From positions 1,116,001 to 1,180,000 of the forward strand of contig NC_135765.1 in NCBI RefSeq assembly GCF_052425735.1: a stretch of DNA of 64,000 bases, read 5' to 3'. The position numbers were made by a program, and so were the translations under genes. Positions within the stretch are counted from its first letter, which is position 1. Every line of letters begins with the position of its first letter. The notes under the pieces are model-generated. The model made no database searches. It saw only the letters and a list, made by a program, of their open reading frames with translations, and was not told the origin of the DNA. Positions 50,739 to 60,973 of the stretch are shown piece after piece. Source of the DNA: Oculina patagonica. Taxonomy: Eukaryota.

Positions 50739-51701
50739 TAAACTACTCTAAAAGGGCCTTTTTATGTCCTCGCTGTCTGTGTGAAAAGTACATGATTTTA
50801 TCAACTGTTTTCTGTCCCTACAACAATTCCTCTTACATGCAAGTGAGCACATCAGTATAAGCCCTCCCTCCACCGTGACCTTCCACCACCACCCGTCCGT
50901 AAATTAAAGTCCTTCTTTGATAATAAAAAATTCCGTTACTGTTGTTTTCAAAATAAAACAGGGATACAGCATAATAAAGAACTTACTAGGTACGCGGTCA
51001 TTTGTGGTGAAATTAGGTGGCTCAAAACACTTGTTACTGCTTGGTTTTTCATTTGGAAGCAGGATGCAATTGGCGAGAAAAAAAATCCATGTAGACTTCA
51101 CGAAAAGTATCACCCACTTGGCTCATGCATTGCTTCAGTAGCTCTCCACAGACGCGTCGGCAGGGTAACACGCGCTTTCCTGCGCTACACTTGGGGAAAA
51201 AGAACGAACATTCCATGGCTGCTGCGACAGTCAACGACGAACAATTTAGCCAGGGTTTTATAAGACTTGGTAAAAATACTGCCAGTCTTGTCTTCAATTG
51301 CGCCGTGAGTCCCTTTGGAAATGGTAGCGTGTTGTTGTAACCAGCTACTGTACAGATATCAAAGGGCCCATTCACAAGACTGATGCATTGATCGTCAGTT
51401 GATTCACCCAAGACTGTTACAACACTGCATAAAAATATGCAGCTTAAAAAAACTTCTGAACGAAGGTTCATCTTGCGTGCGTGATGAAGTTCTGCCCTCC
51501 TCGGGAATCACCGTGAACTTTGCAATATAAACCTGACGTCCGATAATTGTGTGAAAACGAGCACGTTAATTGATATTATACTTATTTCTCCAATTACAAC
51601 CTCTTATTGCCCGGCCGTGCCACCTGGCGTTCTCTGTTTTGTCACGCTATAGCGAAGCGCGCGAGTGACGTCACGACTCAGACAAACAAACCGAAATGTT
51701 G

Positions 51702-51873
51702 CTGCCTCGTCCCCAGGCGTCCTCCTCCTTGGTAGTGCACGGTTCGCTTGGTGTTGTCGGACTGACGTACACGGTTCGCTTGGCGCGTTTCCTAACCATC
51801 AACCCCCGCGCTCCCTGTTTTCCCGCCTTACCGCCTTTGCCTTCCTTCCGACCGGCGCCTGGGGACGAGGCAG
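51702..51873. mobile_element. MITE with perfect 9-bp TSD upstream of gene D
   Basis: TIR ctgcctcgtccccaggcg / cgcctggggacgaggcag; TSD gaaatgttg. A second, degenerate copy lies at about 1739-1885. Confidence 0.88.
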
Positions 51874-52842
51874 GAAATGTTGACGATTTCCTAAAACACT
51901 TTCTAAAACTGCCGGTGTTCCTAAAACACTTTCATAAAACGAAAACTTCACTTAGATTCTTTTTATTTTCCTTAGAAGACGCTAATGTTTTCTGAGCCTT
52001 GTGGGGGTTATATTTATTTGCATTCTACTCTTAGACCTCGCGCGCTTCGCTATTCATATGAAGTAGTTTCAAGTGCTTCAGCCGATCCTTTGTCGCATCC
52101 AAATTAATTATTATCCTACAGACCAGCAAAATTCAAAATATAACTACTTTTGTCCTTGTATAGACAAAGGGTAAACCTGGTAGAAAGAAATAGATGTCAA
52201 TTTTACCCCCGGGTGCCACAATCAGTAGTATTATCAAATAGGGAATAAAAACCCGGGGAGCTTAAAGTCCCCCTAAAACAATAAGTAAGGTATCTTTCCA
52301 TGTGTATTATTTGCTGTCTGTGTGGTCAGTAGGTTACACTGCCGTTTTGCGACGTTTTACTGTGAATTCTTGGGCTATAGAGTGTGTCGTATTGTCCGCT
52401 GCGTATCAATTATATTTTGATCGCTAGATAAAGCAAATCAGTTCGGATTAAATCGGTTCCGTAAAAGAATATAGCCTGCATTCGATCAAAATCTCATCCA
52501 CTTGTCTCAAGTTTTCAAAAGTTTACTATTAAAACAATTTTATACCCTGTAGTCCTTTATTGAAGCGATTTTTCTTTCACAGATTCATGGCCTCGACAGA
52601 AACTTTTCCGCATGAATTAAACCAAAGTGTAGTGACGTCACCTTCTCGGGAGTAGGCGACCAGAGAGGGAGGTCTGAAATTCAGGCTAACAAGACCTTAA
52701 AGTGAAGGAGAAGGCTTTGTATGAGTGCAAATCTAACCAAACATTTCGCTAAATGGAGATACCCCAGGATCTCTATATAGACTCTTCTAGTTATGTGGCC
52801 TTTAACCGGCTAGGCCGCTAGTTGTGTCCACACTCCTAATCT

Positions 52843-55800
52843 TCACTGCTCCGCTGCAGGGATATCATCGCGTTGTTTGGTATATCCCATGCTGGGTGCG
52901 CGACTACGCCACTTCCACCAGATAAGCCCCGCCAGTGCGAGCCCCACAATACTCAGGGACACCACCACAGCCACAGCAATGACCCATCCTTTAGGCCCTT
53001 GACGTTTAGGTTCTTCTGTTGTTGGTTCTACTGTCGATCCTGTGAATAGACCCATACGATTGACATTAGAAATTACACGATCTCGGCTGTTATAGCACAG
53101 GGCGGCTCTTGTCTGAAACGAGTTGAACTCCGGATAGAGCGGTCTATAATTGGGCGCTGACAAGAATAATTGGGAAGCGCAACGGATTGGTAGCGCGAGC
53201 ACAAACGAACTTTTGAACTCTGGTGAAGGTGAACAGGAAAGTCACCGAAAATTTAGTTTCCAAAAAAACAGATCGGCTTAAAAACCATTTTATTTCATAA
53301 ATGTCCTATATCGATCGCAATACTGGTTCCAGTATTTTCAAGAATAACTGTGTTGTGTTCTAAGGGAAGATACTTTATTCTCGCTCACAGTGCCTCAGTG
53401 CCTCTTTTCACCAGGCATAGTTAATAGAGGAAAATGGTTAGGAAGCCTGGAAAACATCAAAGGAGGAAACAAAAAGGCCAAGACTTATGTTAAAAGGTCC
53501 ACGACCCTGCAGGTCTTTTGTTTTGCGCTGGTACACTATGCATGACAGGCGCGTAGCTGAGGTTTTTGGAAGGGTGTTCGTATTGACAGAAATATTTATT
53601 AAGGGGGGTTATTAAATACCAGCGCCGAAGGCGCGAACCTCTAGCGGGGTCTGGGAGCATGTCCCCCAGAATATTTTGAAATCTAGAGGCTCGAAAATGC
53701 TATTTTCAGCATTGTGCACGTCAATATTTCAAACTCGATGGAGTGTAAAATAAGAGGTATTTTTAGTCATAACAACAATATTTCCGGCGTTTTGTTATTC
53801 ATATCCATGTAAAGGCCTTTTCGAAGGCTTGAGTTTCTTTAATTATGAATACATGTAACTTGGCCTCGCAGTACGTAACTATAGCTAGTTTAGCGAGGCT
53901 CTGTCCTTGTTGATCCTTGCGATTGTCTAAGTCTATATCCACGTAAAACGATCGATGTTTAATATAAAACAACAGTATACGGGCGTAAACACGCTTTTGT
54001 GGTCTAACATTACGAATTTTAGCCTAAAAGGAATACTGAAAAGTTGAACAATAAGTCACTTGATCGTCCGGCTAATCGTTTAGACGCCTGATTTTTTTTA
54101 AAACTCTATACCACATGTAAGGTTCTCGAATTTCACTTGTACCCATTCTCCTAACAATTTCAATACTTTCCCGATACTTTTAGCGTTTTCTTCCAGGGTA
54201 ATTCGAAAGCTGCAACCCTCAAAGTTTGTTTTCCATTCCCCCACTATTTGCTAAAAGCTGGAAATCAACAGTTTGTGTTTTCAGTCCTCCAATATTGACC
54301 TCCAAAGGGGGTTCGTTCGAACCCCTCGAACCCCCCCCTCCTACGCGCCTGCATGAATTACGTAACCGCAATCTTTCTATTGGTTAGTTGCATGAACACA
54401 CGTAACCACCCATTGTATTTTGTCAGGTTTGTGCAGGGTCAACCCCCAAAATAGTGAAGAAAACCATACAACAAAGAACTTTGTCGGGCTTCCTAACCAT
54501 TTCCCTCTATTACCTATATATGCACCAGGCTAGGTAGAGGGTTGATAACGTTATCTAAAAGATACATCGCCATCCAGTGGATAAATGTGAAGTGTCAAAG
54601 GCGAACTGTTAAGGCAATGTGATAACATTCTGAGGGAAGCAGAGGCATTTCATGTTGTTGCACTAGCATTCCAACGACAACCTCGTTCCCAGGGCTTTCC
54701 CTTTGGTACGGAATTCGGATTTACCAAGGGAAAAGTCCTGGTAACGAGGTTGCTTCAACGAGGGATAGCTCGATAAGCAATGACTCCTGGCTATATAGTT
54801 TCTTCAAGCCACAAGAAACGCGGATAATCTCCGGTAGTGTGTGCCAGTTGTTCGAGTGCAACTTCAACTCGCTAAACTTAATAAAATAGTAGTGAAATCT
54901 AGTATTGACTAACCCAGATACTTAAGCCAATAGAATGGGCTGGGCCATTCTGTACGATCACAGAAGCCGTGACTAGAGTCTCCCTCCACTAGCGAACTGC
55001 AATACTCTGCACCTATGAAATGATCCCTGAACAAAAATAACAGACAGTAGTAAGCATTAGGTAGTGCTCATTCTTATGGGTAGGATGCTAGTCCATCGCA
55101 GGTTAAGCACAGCATTTTTGTCGGATTTGTTCGACAACTGGCCGTCAGCGATTTGAACCTCTGGGTGGAGAGAGGCATGGGCGTTTTTTAATGCAGGAAT
55201 TATTCCTAGCATTCTGTAACAACCATTCTTACGGCCAGAATTGTGGGTAAAGAACGCGCCCTAAATCTGAATATACACAAATAAGTTGTTGTAAGATAAT
55301 TACCTGAAATATCCTGGGCAGTCTCTGGCGACTTCATCACAAACCGACCTGCACAAGGATTTTCTTCCGGGACTCTTTTCATTTGGGAAACACGGAGGAA
55401 AAAGTTCGCCACAAAACATCTTCTTTAAGTTTTCTTGGCACTTAGGAAACTTAGAAAGGTCTTTTTCAACGATTTTGGGGAAGCCTTTTTCTAAATCTCC
55501 TTCGCCGTATGTTTTGTTGAAAACCGCTTTGTAAATCTTCTTCTGGACTGACTCAGAAAACAGGGTGTGATCATAAATACCTAAGTTTTTACAGGCGGGA
55601 AAGATCAAGTTTTGACAGCCACGATCCAAAGGACCTAATGAAAAATAAAACACAAATTAATAGGTTCGCATCATTGCTGTGGATTTCTGAAGATGGGTCT
55701 GAATTCTCACTGCGAAAGTGGGATTCGAGTCACTGGGACGAGTGTATCGAATTTATGAGTTCGAGTTAGAAATTTTGAGTTCAAGTTAGAAGCTTCGAGT

Positions 55801-57448
55801 TCGAGTTAGAAATTTCGAGTTAATAATAGTGATGGGGTAACATTTTCTCAGTTGGTCACGCATAGTGACGCCCTTATCACCAAATTAAAGCTAACCACAA
55901 GCAAATAGGTGTGGAACTAACCGCAAGCAAACCAGAGTGGAACTAACCGCAAGCAAACCAGAGTGGAGCTAACCGCAAGCAACTCGAACTCGATATTTTA
56001 ACTCGAACTCGAACTCGAACTCATGAAATGGACAGACCCCACTGGGACTGGAAATCACAAAAAACGAGAAGAAATTGGAGAAATATTTTGCTTGGAAATA
56101 GGATGTATACCCCCCTCCCCTCGCTTCAGGACCCTCTCTGAAGAATTGCATCATGAATTTGTGACACGACATCATTATCCTGTCTCTTTGGTAATGCCAC
56201 AGCCTGCAGTTGCTTTTCAGAGACGTTGCTAAGCGACATAATTCACACTTTTGGCGCCATTCTGACGTGACAATTGTCGAATTTTTCGCGAATCTTCTTA
56301 GATTTTGATTGGATACCACATTTTACAATAAGCCGAGGCATCCGATCTACAGATTGACGATTGCGTGAAACCACAAAATATACCTCGCGGTTCCAACGGA
56401 TACGAAAACAAGATAGAAAACTTTATACTTCCCGATATTTCGGTTTCAACCTGGTGCTAAATTTGGCCCAGTGGTGACTCAGTTTTTGAAACCGAAATAT
56501 TGGACAATATGTATTTTAGTTTAGTTTTGTTTTCTACCGTTATTTTGTATTCGTTAGGACCGATTTAACTGCAGTATTAAGATCCTGAGACTCTGTCTAC
56601 TTAAGTTAGTCAAGTCGTTTTTAATCGGCCGTGAAATTAAAAAGAGCATTTAAGCGGTCTTTTAAAAATGCCTGAGTGACTCCTGCTCAGCGACTGTGAC
56701 ACGGCCAGCTTTAACAGGGCCTCTTTTATGTCCTCACTGTCTGTGTGAAAAATATGATTTTATCACTGCCACATATGTTCTGTGACAGGTCCTTACAACA
56801 TTAACAAGATCTCTTGCATACAAATTGTAATTGGGCAGTGGGCAACCCAGTATAAGCCCTCCCTCCATCGTGACCTTTCCACTACCACACCGTCCGTAAA
56901 TTTCTTTGACAATAAAACTCTGTTATCAAAATAAAACAGGGATACAGCATAATAAACTACTTACTAGGTACGCTGTCATTTGTGGTGAAATTAGGTGGCT
57001 CAAAACACTTGTTACTGCTTGGATTTTCATTTGGAAGCAGAGTGCACTCGGCGAGAACAAAATCCACGTAGACTTCACGAAAAGTGTTACCCATTTGGTT
57101 CATGCACTGCTTCAATAGCTCTCCGCAGACGCGTCGGCAGGGTAGCACACGCTTTCCTGCGCTACACTTGGGAAAAAAGAACGAACATTCCATGGCTGCT
57201 GCGACAGTCAACGACGAACAATTTAGCCAGGGTTTTATAACACGGGGTAGAAATGCTGCGAGCCCAGTCTGCAATTGCGCCGTGAGTCCCTTTGGAAACG
57301 GTAGCGTGTTGTTGTAACCAGCTATTGTACAGATATCAAAAGGCCCATTCACAAGACTGATGCATTGACCGTCAGTCGATTTACAAAAGACTGTTACAAC
57401 ACTGCATAAAAATATGCAGCTCAAGAAAACTTCTGAATGAAGGTTCAT
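52843..57448 (-). CDS. Cluster gene E: 2 Fz-type CRDs, short stalk and TM, about 374 aa (intact paralog of D)
   Basis: Exons 57448-56965, 55634-55304, 55026-54914 (DHFIGAEYCSSLVEGDSSHGFCDRTEWPSPFYWLKYL, not in the ORF track) and 53039-52843 (1125 nt, open). TM WVIAVAVVVSLSIVGLALAGLIWW; tail KWRSRAPSMGYTKQRDDIPAAEQ*. Confidence 0.9.
53416..54522. mobile_element. P-element-like MITE containing a nested hAT5-like element
   Basis: Termini catag.taatagagg.aaatggttaggaagcc / ggcttcctaaccatttccctctattacctatatatg; 7-bp TSD caccagg. Confidence 0.7.
53546..54351. mobile_element. hAT5-like element (5-bp TSD), nested
   Basis: TIR caggcgcgtag / ctacgcgcctg; TSD catga on both sides. Confidence 0.85.
55740..56039. 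mobile_element. Mutator-like MITE in gene E intron 1
   Basis: 9-bp TSD cactgggac (present once at the empty site in gene D, about 49241), with imperfect TIRs containing gagttc repeats. Confidence 0.75.
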
Positions 57449-59029
57449 CTTGCGTGCGTGATTAAGTTCTGCCTTCCTCACGAATCACCGCAGATAACCT
57501 GATCGGGAACCCTTCAGACGTCCGATAACTGTGTGAACATGAGAACGTTAGCTGATATTCTGCTTATTTCTCCAATTACAACCTCTTATTGCCCGGCCGT
57601 GCCACCTGGCGTTCTCTGTTTTGTCACGCTAATGACAATTCATATGAAGTAGTTTCAAATCTTGCAGCCAATCCTTTGTCGCATCCAAATCAATTATTAT
57701 CCTACAGACACAAGACGGAATATAATTACTTTTGTCCTTGTATAGAAACAAATGGTAGTTCTCGTACAATGAAAGAAGTTAATTTTACCCCCGGGTACGG
57801 GTGCCTCAACTTCAAGCTGGGAGTATTATCACGAAATAGTCAGGTTGCAAAGAATACGCTCTTGGAGCTAAAAGAAAATAAGCAAAAATTAATTACATAT
57901 AAATTATTTGCTATCTGTGTGGTTACCCTGCTGCTTTTTTGACGTTTTACTGCGAGATTTTAGGTTGCACTAAAATTTCCATTGATATTTACGTTTGAGG
58001 GAGGGTTGGGGGGGGGGGGCGCCTCTCCCATCGTCCTGCTTTGTAGTCTGGGGAATTTAAATTCTCTTAGATACTCTCAGAATAAAGGCATTTGCATCTC
58101 AGCAAACAGAGATTTTTGCATTTTCTGGGGGAGTTTGCCTATATTGACCCCAAAGTTGTCATTGATTCGCTACAATTGAAATGAATAATATAGACTACCC
58201 CTCCCCCCGCTCCATTTCAATGATGGAGCCAATGGCCCTTTTTAGTTTATGCATAGCACGAATTCTTCATTTATTCTTTTATTTTTAACACATCATTGAT
58301 TGGGGGGATGGGGGTTCATTTCTTTTGTTATTCTGTCCAAGATTGCAGCTTCTTAGATGGCCTGCGAACACAGCCGCCTCACATCGCTCCCGCTACTACG
58401 TGAGAGACGGCTGTATTCGCAGACTACTTCTAAGACTTCTAAGGTCCCCTGTTTGTGAATTTCCTAAATCCGACAATTGGTAAGGTTTTTGAATTCTTAA
58501 ATCTTTCGCATCACCGATATCACTAGGTCCTAGAATAGACTCTTTGAATTTCCGTACAAACTCTATGTTTAGCATCTTATAGACTTGTAGTTCTATTTCG
58601 TAAGAATGGTTCACAGCATGACCTTTGGGCAATAAATGTGTTTAACTTTTCTGAAAAACACTGAAGTCATTTGTAGAAACATGTAGATTCAGTCACGATC
58701 ACGGGCGTGGGACAAAGATAATTTTATTATTTTTATAGCCGTTATCTTGGACAATTTGGAAACGGTAAGCAGTTCGTGTGTCAGGACATATATGAACTTC
58801 TTGTTTGTTCAAATCTTTCCTTTTGTCCTGCATGACATATGTGGGGACCAACACTCTTGTATTGCGCTCTCGGCTCGCAAAATTTACTGACCTCATTGTA
58901 CAGGCAACAACCATCCTCGTACCCAGGGTCTTCGTTCCCTTTGACCAGCGGTCAGGAAACGAGCTCGTTTCCTCATCACCGACGCGCAGAAATTATAGTA
59001 TACTCATACTTATTCATTAGTCCATTTTA

Positions 59030-59613
59030 GGGCCTGTTTAGAAGCAGGTAGGGTAACCCTAGCAGGAGGGTTACCCTAGCGCTAGGGTTACCCTAGCAGG
59101 AGGGTTACCCTAGCGCTAGGGTTACCCTAGCAGGAGGGTTACCCTAGCGCTCCCACATTTCTTCTTTTTTTCATCGATGTGTTTACAAGGCAGCTAGGGT
59201 TACCCTAGCACTAGGGTAACCCTAGCTGAGCGCTAGGGTTACCCTAGCAGCTGGGGTAACCCTAGCGCCTTGTAAACGCTCTGCTAGGGATAACTCGCCT
59301 ACCAGGGACAACTTTATTTTAGCTCCAAGAAGCTAAATATGTTTAAAAATACCGACAAAAACAGCGAATTGTGACCAAGAAACATCGTTTCATTCACAAT
59401 TTGTCGTATTTTTGCACTGGAACGGAATTATTTTCGAATAACAGCTTCTTACGACAAAATTTAACATGGTTAACTGAAGCGTAACCGGTGAAAGTTGACC
59501 CGGGTAGGGTTACCCTACCTGCAATGTTTGCTTATAAAACCGGGCTATCTTCTAACCCTCTTGCTAGGGTAACCCTAGCACTAGGGATACCCTACCTGCT
59601 TGTAAACAGGCCC
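59030..59613. mobile_element. PIF/Harbinger MITE with tandem palindromic agggttaccctagc repeats
   Basis: TIR gggcctgttta.aagcaggtaggg; TTA TSD. Confidence 0.88.
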
Positions 59614-60311
59614 TTACTGCTAAGCTCATTTTATATTTATCTAGTATTGTAACTCATCTTATTCCACATTTAACTTCCGGGATATTAGTTTTTATTTGTA
59701 AAAGCCTCCCATCTAAGTTACGTACCCGGACTGCAGGGGTTTAGTTGGTCCATAGATCTACTGGACCTGACACCTAATTTAACTAACTTTTTTTTTTTCA
59801 CAAACTAGAAATCTTTTTAAATTATCTGCGTTATATGTTTGTGCAGGAGGGACGAAACTTTTTAACTCAATATTACACAAGTAGACTTTATCTTTTTCAT
59901 ACCCAGTTTTTGCTTTCTTATCATTAATTTATTACAGCTAGCATCATCACACAACACAAACAATTCTTTTAAAATTACACTTAATAACATGTAATATCAA
60001 TACTACATTGCTTCGATGTATCATTTAAGAAGAAAAAGTAAGAGGAGGCGCTTAAAGGAGCAATGTCGCGATATTTTAAAACATTTTTTGATTACAAAAG
60101 TGAAGGAAACCTCAAAACAATAGTTTTCTAACATAGAAAAACACCAAAGGAGTCATGACAATGAAGCCGCAAAATTAACCAAAGATGGTTTCGACTGGCA
60201 AAGTCAGTTAAGACAGATAACAAATGAGAAACTCGAAAAAACTTGCCAAATTTTTCAAGATGCGTTGTTCGCGGCTTAGCTCCTTTAAGGTTCGTAGAGG
60301 TATACAGCTTG

Positions 60312-60544
60312 TTACACCCTCGTGGGTTCTGGGTCAGCTTCAGTTTCCAGAGGGACACTGTCCTCTGCTTGTTTGTCATAGTGTTTAGTGTAAGCTACTC
60401 CGGGTGCATCACGACTCTTTTTCCACCATATAACCCGTGTCACGACGAGTCCCACAATCAAAAGAGACAGCAAGACGGCTATAATGATGACCCATGCTTT
60501 GGTTCCATGGCTTTCAGGGACCACGCTGGGTGCCTTCGTCGCTT
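60312..60544 (-). CDS. Last (TM + tail) exon of a sixth cluster paralog, gene F; upstream exons not in this window
   Basis: Acceptor tttccag, phase 1. Reads ATKAPSVVPESHGTKAWVIIIAVLLSLLIVGLVVTRVIWWKKSRDAPGVAYTKH...EPTRV*, clearly homologous to the D/E last exon (GPKGWVIAVAVVVSLSIVGL..LIWWK..RAP.MGY.K). Confidence 0.8.
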
Positions 60545-60973
60545 CTGGAAAAGATTGGTCAACAGTTTTGTTCAGGAAATATCGGAAATTTTAAGATCTC
60601 AAAACACTTTCCTTAAGTAACAGTTATTGCCATTTACGAGCCGACCCTAGGAATGATCAGAATGATCATGACTGACTGGCTGGCTGACTGACTGACTGAC
60701 TGTCTGTCTGTCCGTCTGACTGTCTGTTTCTTTTACTGACTGACTGACTGGCGGACGGACGGATGGACGGATGGAGTAGTAAAGGGTGAATTCGACAAAT
60801 ACCACCTCCTAAAAAGTCCATTTCTTCACCAATAAAACTGAAAAAAAAACCTTTTCTTCTCGGCTCGCGCGGCCGGCTAGCTCGCTTGGCTGGCTTGCTC
60901 GCTCGGCGCGCTCGCCTCGCCTTCGCTTCGCGAAACGCGGAATGTCAATTGAACATTTGTGATTATCAGGTAC

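Larger units (their letters stand above)
46645..51471 (-). pseudogene. Cluster gene D: 2 Fz-type CRDs and TM, with a +1 frameshift in exon 1 (pseudogene or homopolymer sequencing error)
   Basis: Exons 51471-50987 (485 nt vs 484 in paralog E), 49128-48798, 47483-47371 and 46841-46645. An A8 run at about 51078-51085 replaces aacaaaa (7 nt) of gene E. Other exons and splice sites are intact. Confidence 0.75.

Noticed and set aside
17618-57448. Calling the cluster genes frizzled, sFRP, ROR/MuSK or corin
   Set aside because: No 7TM, NTR, kringle/kinase, LDLa or protease exons are found; each complete model ends after one TM and a short tail.
59030-59613. Interstitial telomeric repeats (agggtta/taaccct)
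   Set aside because: These are palindromic internal repeats of a TTA-flanked Harbinger MITE, not tandem TTAGGG.
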